Source of the DNA: Diplonema japonicum
Lineage: Eukaryota; Protista; Euglenozoa: Diplonemea
Reading direction: 5' to 3'
DNA length: 64,000 nucleotides
Assembly (NCBI GenBank): GCA_964019335.1
Contig: OZ025701.1
Location: 372,001 to 436,000, forward strand
A program made the position numbers and the translations under genes. The notes under the pieces were generated by a model. The model was not told the DNA's origin. It made no database searches and worked only from the letters and a program-made list of their open reading frames with translations. Every line of letters begins with the position of its first letter. Position 1 is the stretch's first letter. Shown here one piece after another: positions 1 through 8,552 of the stretch.

Positions 1-649
1 GGACAGCGATGTTGTCGTAGAGTCCTTCGGGTGTAAGCCGTGCTTGTGCAAAGCTAAACAGCATGTTCGAACACTGTTTCAACGACAATTTTGCGTACGA
101 CTCGGGTTCCGCAAGCTTTTCACCCACTTGGTTCATGAACTGGACCTTTGCGAATGACAAAGGTACCTGTCCTCGGATGTCTCTTTCCACGTAGGAGTGC
201 ACCCCGAATACCCAGAGTAGGAGCGCGTAGGCAACCGGGCCTTCCAGCTCATGGATGCGCTGCTCGAAGATTGGGATAATATGGTCGCAGAGATCGATAA
301 TCTTCTCACTTGCCTCCTGACTCAGCTCGGGGTCCCTGTACTGCAGCAGGTGCCACACGTGGAAGCTGTCTACGTCCACCCGGGACAGATTTTCAACCAC
401 CACGTTCACTGTATGGTTTATTAATGGCAGAGGAACCTTGTGCCAATTCCCAATGCTGCGTGTCACAAGCCCTAGCGCATTGAGCTCCGCCAGTCCTATA
501 GTTCTCAGAGGCACGAGTTTCTCTTCAATAATCTGCCTGTATAACCCCTGCATTTCATAAAGCACCATTCCTTTGTTGCCCCGCAACGCATCTGCCGCAA
601 GCTGCAGCGCCCTCCGCCTCACCTGCCCTGCAGTCCTTACTGGCTGCAT
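1..649 (-). CDS. 5' part of a probable organelle-targeted helical-repeat (OPR/HPR/RAP-FASTK-like) protein; runs off the window start
   Basis: Not in the ORF track. I translated an open frame from ATG at 649 (MQPVRTAGQVRRRALQLAAD...) to base 2 without a stop. The N-terminus is Arg-rich like a presequence, and LSLKQCSNMLFSFAQARL resembles an OPR/HPR-type repeat. Confidence 0.55.
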   Translation of the reverse strand, partial: MQPVRTAGQVRRRALQLAADALRGNKGMVLYEMQGLYRQIIEEKLVPLRTIGLAELNALGLVTRSIGNWHKVPLPLINHTVNVVVENLSRVDVDSFHVWHLLQYRDPELSQEASEKIIDLCDHIIPIFEQRIHELEGPVAYALLLWVFGVHSYVERDIRGQVPLSFAKVQFMNQVGEKLAEPESYAKLSLKQCSNMLFSFAQARLTPEGLYDNIAV

Positions 650-742
650 TGTAGCATCGGTTACCTCTGGGTGGGGGGGGGGTGAAAAAGGATAATGAGA
701 TTGTTAGCGAAATATTAAACTACATGCGCTACCTCCCAATAT

Positions 743-2815
743 TCACAAGTACTTGTGTAACTCAGAAAGCATGTTGGTGACGTGAGTCCGACGGGCTGCC
801 TTTTCCCGCCTCTTGTTTTGGACATAAATCTGTTTGTTTTTTTTCTTCTTTCTTCTTCTTCTTCTCCTACATACCAAGCATTTAGCCTTAGCTCCACTGG
901 GTTTGGCTGTGGAGGTGTCATGATCGGAGGTCACGGGGTCTGCGCTGTCAAAGCCGACCTTGTGCATTGAGTTGCGGGATTTTGACTTTTGGAGCTTGCC
1001 CGTTCGCTGTGAGGTGGAGAGGACGGTGGACTTTACAGGAGCGGAGAAGATCTTTGCTTGGAGGACCTCTTCGTCATGAAGGTCTCTGAAGAAGCAAGTG
1101 TTGAGGAGGGAGTATGTGTGGTCAAGCCCCGCGTATGCCGACAAGGCCCTGCCAAGTGCGGGGTATGCCGAAGACACAATGGCGGGCAGCGGCACTGGGT
1201 AGCACCCCTCCGTACCTATGATCAACGCACCGTCGGAAAACTGTTCAATAGATTTCGGCGGCGATGTCTCGCCCTTAAGAGGTATCACAGACGTGACTTC
1301 CCCCGACTTCACATCATAGACCCCAACCGACGAGCCAAGCGACGGCGCGAAGAGCAAAAACGGTGCTATTTTGCAAAAATACATCGTCTTGCAAGTGGGC
1401 ACGCCAAGTATTTCCCCAATTGCAATCTTTTTGATCATATCCCCCGGCTCCACCGTGCTTTCCCCCCCCGTACTGGTTTCAATGATGCCGGACCCGTCGG
1501 GTTTGACCTGTTTCACGATGCCGTCGGCCGTTCTGTCACCTATTTTTATTGTTTCTTTGCAGAAATCGTGTATGTAGATGGTCGATGTCTCCGCTGTACG
1601 AAACCCCCACGAGGTAGCTAGGTATGTCCGCGACCATATTGCGATGGAGTAGCATTCCAACACGTTTTTCTCAGATGGCTTCCGCGAGGCCCGCCGATAG
1701 TCCACGGCCGTTGTGAGGAGGACCTCGCGGGTGGTCAGATCGAAAATTTGAACGGTGCCTCCTTGGCAGGCCACGGCAAGCACCTCATTCTGCATGGCCA
1801 CCGCGTTGATTACGCAATGGAACCCGAGGCACTTTACACCTGGGTTTGGTTCGGGTATATTCTTTTGCTGTTTTGGCGGTTCGTCCTGCGCGACAACCTT
1901 CCCCGGTTTGCTCATCTTCCGTGGAGGCTGCTCTGGTTTCTTCGGAGACAGGACCTTCACATCTTCCACCAGAACGTCGATGCGATGCAGCGGAACACAC
2001 ACAACGTCGAACCCACCTATCCATGCAATAACGGCACCCACCGTCACCACGCCCTCTCTATCACCGTCATACGTGGTGAAGCCTATTTGAGGACGGTGAG
2101 GGGAAGGGGTTTTACACACTGCCGTGTACAAAACCTCAGGAGGGCTTGAAGAACCTGTTGGGGTGTCCTTAACCTTCCCGATTAAACAGATAAGGACCGA
2201 TTCCTGAGACACCACTGCGAGGTACTCCCCGCAGGGGGAGAATACAAGGTCTGTGGTTTCGTTTTGCAGGGTCATTTCGTACAGCGTTACCATGCGGTCT
2301 CTCTCCGAGTTTTGAAGCCGGGAAATCTCGTCGAGGTCAGCGACTGTTGTTGGGCCGCCGTGTTGCGAGGAAGCAAGGGATATGGAGTTTGTTCGCCTTG
2401 CGGGGGCCAAAGGGAAGCAAACGATTTTGAGGTTCTTCCCATCTGTCGTAGCGGCTACAGGTACATTGATGTACACTGCTGAGAGGTGTGAGATGCGTGT
2501 CTCGTGGAGCTGAGTGGTTTCGAGGGTTTTTTCCTTCAGAACGACATTCCAGCGTTCCAAGGCTCCTTGGTCCGTCCCTAGGTAGAGATCGGTTTCGACA
2601 ACAGTAGGGGAGGATGCAGGGTCTGTGCGCAGCCCTTCACCGATTTCCACAACAGTTTTCCCTTCTTCCGTGTACGCCTTGCTGCGGTCACCTATCTTCG
2701 CCTCGATCTCCTCACACGCGTTATCCACGATCGTTCCTATTATCTTGGCAACCAGCCTATACGGTTGCGGCAGCTTGTCAGTGTCCAGGTATGCATCTTC
2801 TGGGGGAATGGACAT
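743..2815 (-). CDS. WDR93: WD40-repeat protein, WDR93-like (ciliary); one in-frame 45-nt intron at 830..874
   Basis: N-terminal DKLPQPYRLVAKII matches the WDR93 LPQPYR motif, followed by WD-like strands. The stretch VCRRRRRRKKKKNKQ is a GTATGT...AAACAG intron read through in frame. Confidence 0.65.
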   Translation of the reverse strand: MSIPPEDAYLDTDKLPQPYRLVAKIIGTIVDNACEEIEAKIGDRSKAYTEEGKTVVEIGEGLRTDPASSPTVVETDLYLGTDQGALERWNVVLKEKTLETTQLHETRISHLSAVYINVPVAATTDGKNLKIVCFPLAPARRTNSISLASSQHGGPTTVADLDEISRLQNSERDRMVTLYEMTLQNETTDLVFSPCGEYLAVVSQESVLICLIGKVKDTPTGSSSPPEVLYTAVCKTPSPHRPQIGFTTYDGDREGVVTVGAVIAWIGGFDVVCVPLHRIDVLVEDVKVLSPKKPEQPPRKMSKPGKVVAQDEPPKQQKNIPEPNPGVKCLGFHCVINAVAMQNEVLAVACQGGTVQIFDLTTREVLLTTAVDYRRASRKPSEKNVLECYSIAIWSRTYLATSWGFRTAETSTIYIHDFCKETIKIGDRTADGIVKQVKPDGSGIIETSTGGESTVEPGDMIKKIAIGEILGVPTCKTMYFCKIAPFLLFAPSLGSSVGVYDVKSGEVTSVIPLKGETSPPKSIEQFSDGALIIGTEGCYPVPLPAIVSSAYPALGRALSAYAGLDHTYSLLNTCFFRDLHDEEVLQAKIFSAPVKSTVLSTSQRTGKLQKSKSRNSMHKVGFDSADPVTSDHDTSTAKPSGAKAKCLVCRRRRRRKKKKNKQIYVQNKRREKAARRTHVTNMLSELHKYL

Positions 2816-2929
2816 TTTTTTTTTCCAGTAAAGCCCTCTTTCCTCCCCCTTTTTTTTTTTTTTTTTTTTTTTTTGTCTCTGGTACCGGTTTTCGAATATA
2901 ATGGATATGATACTAATTTTCCCCCTCCC

Positions 2930-3200
2930 CTACCAGTAAGACATAAACACCTTATTCGCTGTCACTGCAGCCTGCAGCCATGACTCGGCACAATTGTTCA
3001 CACAGGTTTTCTCAGAAGCCGTCAGGTTAGGAAAGTACAACTGAGTCACACACACATCGAAACATTTCTCCGCAGCTAGCAAATGCAATCTAGAAGGGGA
3101 AAAAAGAATGGGGGGGGGGAGGGGGAACCTAATACCTGTCTTCCTGCTGTTTTTTCATCGCGTTGAATTCTGCCTCCATTTCTTTAGTAAATTTTCCCAT
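2930..3200 (-). CDS. Small Tim chaperone (Tim8/9/10/13 family, twin CX3C), 74 aa; intron 3090..3135
   Basis: Not in the ORF track. Spliced product: MGKFTKEMEAEFNAMKKQQEDRLHLLAAEKCFDVCVTQLYFPNLTASEKTCVNNCAESWLQAAVTANKVFMSYW*, with two CX3C motifs. Confidence 0.85.
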
Positions 3201-3574
3201 TTTTATTTCCGCCCCCCTATCCCCTCTTTCTTTTTTTTTTCCTTGTTTTTTTTTTTTTTTTTTTTTTTTTTGTCAACCCAGGACTTGCACGTGAGGCTGT
3301 TGATCCAGAGAATGACAGGTGCCGACTGAAGGAAGCGTACCGGTGGTCAGCAGGAACGGTACGACCTGTCACGAAGGCACAATCGCAGGTTGAGAGACGC
3401 AGCTGTGTGCCTTAAAAAAAGAAAAGGGTTTTCGTGGCTTGTGGCAGAGACACCAAATACAAAACCTTTTAAAACGTTGGTGTAAAAAAACAGATTCTTC
3501 ACACCCCCAGTTGACTCCCCTCGCTGTTGAATAAAATTCACATTTTTCTGTCATCATTACATGTCGTTCTGCGG

Positions 3575-4684
3575 TTACAGTTTGTCGCGATGAGACGGCA
3601 TCTGGGGCGAGGGGGTCAGTTTTTGGTGTTGGCGTAACAGTTCTTTTTGAATCTTGCAAACGGGCACAAATTGTGGGGTTTTGTCCTTTCCGCACTTTAT
3701 CAAACACGGTTCAGCGTGCTCTTCGCCAAAACTACAGAGTTTTTGCGATATAGCAATTGTGTCCATGTTGTTTGGTCTTCTGGCCATCAGCGCTACATAC
3801 ATAGGAGTATACCCGCTGTTGTTCTTCGTGACCTTTGTTTCCTTCAACTTCTCCATCAATGCCAAGGCGGTCGAAACGTCAAGAGACTCGTTAGCAGCCA
3901 GAAGGTGCATTGCGGTGTTCCCGTCACAGTCTGCTTCTCCGAACTCAGTATCATCGGCCACCTCTACTACCTTATCGACAGCATCAAGTACACTGCCTAC
4001 TACTACTTTTTTCCGACATTCAACAATCCAGTGGAGGGGTGTCCTGCCCCAGATGCACAGATCATCTTCTTTCCCATTGCAGCTCAGGAGTTCTATGAAG
4101 CATCTATACTCACCTTCCCGTGCAGCACAGTGTACCGGCGTGAAGCCGTTGGCGTTCACTTTATCCACCAAACCCAAACCTCCAAGCTTTTCCTCAAGGG
4201 TATGGCTATAGTCGCTAGGGTTGATGAGCATCTTTATAATCTCCCTTTGCCCTTTTTTCGCGGCCAAGTGTAAAGCGGTGTCGTCTTTTGTTCTCGTTCC
4301 TTCATTCTTCCTGACTGTCAGTGTCGGGTTGGCCCCCTTCGTCAGTAAGGTTCTGGCAACTTGATTCATGTCTTCTTGACTTAACTCACTATTCCTATCT
4401 GCGAGCAGCATTAGGGGTGTGCACCCTAGATTGTTTCTTATATCTATATGAATCCCCTCGACACTTAGGATGTAGTCGATGCAGGGTTTGTGTCCCTTTG
4501 ACACTGCCTGGTGCAGGGCTGTCCACCCGGCGTGTGTCGTATCGTTGACAGTTGCCACACAAGCGCGCAGAGCCTCAAGGTTCCCACTCCTCGCGGCTAA
4601 CACCGCAAGCGGGTCGTCTGTGTGGCCTTCCCCCGCGATGATGTTGTGGTATTCAAGGAACTCATCCCTATTCAGAGCAGGCAT
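3575..4684 (-). CDS. Ankyrin-repeat protein (diverged paralog A)
   Basis: Repeated GWTALHQA/GCTPLML/DTALHLAA/GFTPVHCA/GRTPLH motifs. Shares the lead-in xFLxxxxI...HxxDPLxVLxARS with the two neighbouring ankyrin genes. Likely ATG at 4684. Confidence 0.9.
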   Translation of the reverse strand: MPALNRDEFLEYHNIIAGEGHTDDPLAVLAARSGNLEALRACVATVNDTTHAGWTALHQAVSKGHKPCIDYILSVEGIHIDIRNNLGCTPLMLLADRNSELSQEDMNQVARTLLTKGANPTLTVRKNEGTRTKDDTALHLAAKKGQREIIKMLINPSDYSHTLEEKLGGLGLVDKVNANGFTPVHCAAREGEYRCFIELLSCNGKEDDLCIWGRTPLHWIVECRKKVVVGSVLDAVDKVVEVADDTEFGEADCDGNTAMHLLAANESLDVSTALALMEKLKETKVTKNNSGYTPMYVALMARRPNNMDTIAISQKLCSFGEEHAEPCLIKCGKDKTPQFVPVCKIQKELLRQHQKLTPSPQMPSHRDKL

Positions 4685-5419
4685 ATGTGTACCCGCCCCC
4701 CCCCCCCCCCCCACTTCCGACCCCGCCTTTGTTTCCCTGTATTAAAAGCCCCCTTTTTCGTGATACAAAGGCTCCCCCCCCCCCCCCCCCCCCCTTCAGA
4801 TTTGCAAAAGAAACCATTTCCAAGCGTTCCGAACCAGATATTCCGACCCAAGAAAGAAAAAAAGAAAAAAAGAAAAAAAGAAAAAAAAAAAAAAAAAAAA
4901 ACATCGAATCCCCCACCCACCCATTTTGTGGCCAACAATGGGCACGCTGGAAATGCTGCACAACAAAATAGGGAGTTTTCTCTCTAAAATTTTAACAAAG
5001 TGAAGGGAAGAAAAAAGTGTTTGCATGCCACGAATGCATCCAGAACGCAAATAAAACTGATTCAAAAACACTAAATATCGAACAAAACTGGGTTTTCTTG
5101 AAAATGGCCATTTTTGGCTTAAAATCCTAAGCCTTGACTTTACACATATTCACTTTTCTTCCTTGCTTAAAACAGTGTTCGCTCATGCAAGAGCCCAAAC
5201 CTTTGGGGGAGTTTTTTAAGAAACACCGTGGCCACCCTTACATTTGGGGTTTCAATAGCCGTCGGGTTCAAGACCCAGGAGATGGCTCCTTCCAACATTC
5301 TACTCCGGAATATGCACAATAATATAAAAAAGAAAAATCAATTGTCAGAAAAAACAATACCGGGGGGGTGGGGGGGGTCATATGGTCCTTAAAAAGGCCC
5401 CCTTATGACCCCCTAGGCA

Positions 5420-6000
5420 TAGTGGTGAGGCGACTCGCATTCTCGCACACTCTCGCACGATTCTCGCACATGCTAGTGTGCACTTCAGGTGTGCATGTGT
5501 CAAAAATAACCCCCCCTCGACCTTCATACTCCTCCCGAACTAACACGATCAGTGCGTTCACGTCCGCCCCCGTGTGTGATTCACCCTCCTCTGAGTATCC
5601 GACCAGCCCAGAAATGTTTGGCACTGGTGGCGTCTGTGCTTAACGGCAACAGTGTCTTTTCGATGCTTTGCTTCACTCTTCTCGAGCCCTTGCCTCCTTC
5701 TCGAATCCGGGCCCCTTTGCCAGCAGCGTGTCTGGTGTCGGTATCTTCATGCGCGAGCTCCACCAATGGGATGCTGAGAAGGGGTGTTTGCTGCTTGGTG
5801 GTTGGTGGTGCCTGCGACCAAACACAACATCGCCCACCCGTCTATGAACTCCTGCCCCACCACGGGGCAAAGCACTGCCTGTTGAGGTCCTTCGAAGATT
5901 TTGACACTCAGGCACCTGGCTTTCCCTGTTGACAGCCAAAAAAAATTCTCGCATCATTCTCGCATGCGAGAATGTGCGGGGGGGGGGGGGGGGGGGTTCG
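5420..6000 (-). mobile_element. Decayed, internally deleted hAT-like transposon remnant; boundaries approximate
   Basis: Frameshifted minus-strand peptides VKQSIEKTLLPLSTDATSAK and GESHTGADVNALIVLVREEY resemble the hAT transposase LTTDxWTS and SHTGENIA motifs in the correct order. TCTCGCA clusters flank them at ~5435-5470 and ~5945-5972. Confidence 0.45.
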
Positions 6001-6189
6001 TCATTGAAGAGAGCCGCGAAACGAGTTCATTGCAGCCAGTGTCTTACAAAATAGCAATTTTCCGTGGTCCCCCAAACACAACGGGTTCTAAACGGGGTAA
6101 AAAGGGGACAGAAAGAAAAAAAAAAAAGAAGAAAAAAAAACACCCTCACCCTCTTGTATTGGTGCACGGCGTCTCAGAAAAACCTTTTA

Positions 6190-6369
6190 GAGAAAAACTA
6201 CAACACGACACGCGAATTTGGATTTTCCACCAAACTCTGTAACCTGTTTTTTACCCTTTGTCCACGGTAATTGGGTTTCCGTGTTTGGTGGAAATCGAAA
6301 TTAGAGTGGAATAACGAAATTCGGGTTGTTTTGAACGGTGTAAATTTTTTCGTGTTTGTAGTTTTTCTC
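6190..6369. repeat. 180-bp foldback/MITE-like element with nested inverted repeats
   Basis: Outer arms: GAGAAAAACTACAACACGA (6190-6208) and the reverse complement of 6350-6369, differing by one indel. Inner arms: AATTTGGATTTTCCACCAAAC (6215-6235) and GTTTGGTGGAAATCGAAATT (6283-6302). Confidence 0.6.
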
Positions 6370-6502
6370 AATTTTTTTTATTAAGCACATCCTGTTCCCC
6401 CCTCTTTTTTTGTTACTCTCATCCCCTTTCGTTCCTCATTAAGCTCCAATCCGGAGAAAAGACACCCCACAGTCGATCATGAACCATAGTGTTTGTAGTG
6501 CT

Positions 6503-7537
6503 CTATGACTTCCCACATTTGTCCTTTTGCATTCTTTGCGCGATGCGCTCCGCTGTAGCTTTCACCCCGTTGAACTTTAGCATTGCAGAGGTGTCTGCAC
6601 CCATCGTCACCAGCTTGTCGTATACCTCCTTCACACCTTTAAGAGCAGCAAGGTGCAAGGGTGTCATCCCGTCGGAGTCGCGTGCTTCAAGATCTGTCCC
6701 CTTCAGCATGTCGAGTGCTTGCAGCACGGTGTCTGTCTGGAGGGTGGTGTTCGCTATAACAGAGTGCATGGCTGTCCGGTCTGTTTCGGACCTCAGATTA
6801 GGGTCACACTTCCCCATGCTGCTCATCAACAGCGAAATTATTTCCAGTACCTCCTTGTCTCCTTCTCCGTTGTCACACTCCATTGCAGCTGCCATATGAA
6901 GGGGTGTCAGACCGCTTTGCCCGCATCCGGTGCTGGGGTCTGCTCCGAAAGTCAAAAGATGTTTCATGTTTTTCACTCGACAGCTCTGAACAGCACAGTG
7001 CAGAGCGTAGTACCCATCGCTGTTCTGCTTATTCTTCGCCATGCAGAGCTCGCCCGTCACCAGGGACAGCGGTTCCGCACCTATCAGAAGCTTTAGGATG
7101 TACTCGTTGCTACTCTTTGCAGCGAGGTGCACAGCACGGTCACCCTTCACGGCCATCCACGAGTCGGCTGCTGGCATCTCTGCTTCCACGTCTGCCTTTG
7201 CTTTCAACAGGCTCATCACAGCTTGTTCCTTTTTCTGGCATATCGCAAGCATCAACGGTGTGTACCCTTGCTTGTTCCTGGCATTGATGTCAAGCCCCAG
7301 TTGCACACCTTCACCCAGCAAGAACTCTACGCATTCATCGTGGCCCTTCGCCGCCGCCTGGTGCAGTGCTGTCCATCCAGAGGGCGATTTCTCGTTGATG
7401 TTTTCTTTGGTGGCACAGTTTTTCAGCGCATCAAGATTATTGGACCTTGCTGAGAGGACCACCAGGGGGTCCTCTTCGTGATTCTTCGTCTCGATGTTGT
7501 AGTTCGCTAGGAACTCGACCCTCTTGAGGGATGTCAT
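6503..7537 (-). CDS. Ankyrin-repeat-only protein (paralog B)
   Basis: Multiple ankyrin motifs (GWTALHQAAAKG, GYTPLMLA, GLTPLHMAA, GMTPLHLAA). Likely ATG at 7537 (MTSLKRVEFL). Confidence 0.92.
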   Translation of the reverse strand: MTSLKRVEFLANYNIETKNHEEDPLVVLSARSNNLDALKNCATKENINEKSPSGWTALHQAAAKGHDECVEFLLGEGVQLGLDINARNKQGYTPLMLAICQKKEQAVMSLLKAKADVEAEMPAADSWMAVKGDRAVHLAAKSSNEYILKLLIGAEPLSLVTGELCMAKNKQNSDGYYALHCAVQSCRVKNMKHLLTFGADPSTGCGQSGLTPLHMAAAMECDNGEGDKEVLEIISLLMSSMGKCDPNLRSETDRTAMHSVIANTTLQTDTVLQALDMLKGTDLEARDSDGMTPLHLAALKGVKEVYDKLVTMGADTSAMLKFNGVKATAERIAQRMQKDKCGKS

Positions 7538-8400
7538 TGCTTCTGTAGTGGTGGTGTGAAAGGACAGACAGCAACAATAAGAACACTGAAAGAAGATGAG
7601 CAAGGTCGGAAAAGAAACACCCTCCCCTATTTTTTCTAGCTATACTATATATGGAGCACAAAGACTCGTGCTAGCGGCCTGCGAGATGGCTGACGCCTCA
7701 TATCTCTGAAATCAATCCCGAACTTGCTCAAAGGGTTTAAAAGGAAAAAAACACAAAAAAAAAAAGCAGTGAGGTTAGGATATTTGCTTTTCGTTGGACC
7801 CATCATTTTTTGATACCCTTCTTTTTGTGTTTCTTCACTTTCCCTCACTTTTTTCTTTCAGCTCTCTGGAAGCAAGCCTTAAAAACACCTGGAAAAAAAA
7901 AAGAGAAAAAAAAAAAAGATTGTTAAACCAAAAAAGGTATTACACACGAAAAAAGAGAAACAAAAATAAAAAAAGGAAGGCCATCCCATTTCCAAGGAAA
8001 GAAAAGTAAACGGTTTCTCAATCTTCAAGCTAAAAAAACAAGACCTTAGTACTCAGTTTTTGACAGATCGACGGAAAAGTTTTCGGGGGGGGGGGGGGGG
8101 GGGGGAGGATGCGCAAACCCGCAAACCCGATGCGACATGCAAACCCCGCGCGAGACCCGCAGGCACCGTTTGAAAAAAGGGGAGGGGGGTATAAAAGAAA
8201 GTCTCTAAAATTACATTCTAATTTCTTCCAATAAAAAAAATAAATATAAAAGCCTTACAGAATACTTCCTCTCGAGTTTTGGCCTGGGCCGGAAGAAAAA
8301 AACCGTAGCGAGCTATAATTACTTCCACCCGAGTTTACAAATGTTCCCCCCATTCTCCTCACCCCCGGGAAGCCAAAAGTCAAGGCATTTGTCAAGCTCC

Positions 8401-8431
<31 letters not shown>

Positions 8432-8439
8432 GAGAAAAT

Positions 8440-8530
8440 ACACATCAATGGACAGGCCCAGACGATGTGCTGAAATCTTTAAAACAAAAAAAGGGGGGAC
8501 AGCGGAGATGTCCGCACCCAGCGTCACCAT
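8440..8530 (-). pseudogene. Orphaned C-terminal tail of an ankyrin gene, just downstream of the duplicated tract
   Basis: MVTLGADISAVPPFFVLKISAHRLG aligns with the ankyrin C-terminus LVTMGADTSAMLKFNGVKATAERIA. DNA gcggagatgtccgcacccagcgtcacca resembles gcagaggtgtctgcacccatcgtcacca. Confidence 0.6.
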
Positions 8531-8552
8531 GAACCATAGTGTTTGTAGTGCT

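Noticed and set aside
3290-3340. TPP riboswitch or hammerhead-like fragments (TGATCCAGAGAATG; CTGAAGG)
   Set aside because: The required conserved cores (CUGAGA with P2/P3; CUGANGA...GAAA) are absent.
4910-5377. Another MITE bounded by CCCCCACCC / GGGTGGGGG
   Set aside because: The interior looks MITE-like, but the putative TIRs are short low-complexity runs and no TSD is evident.
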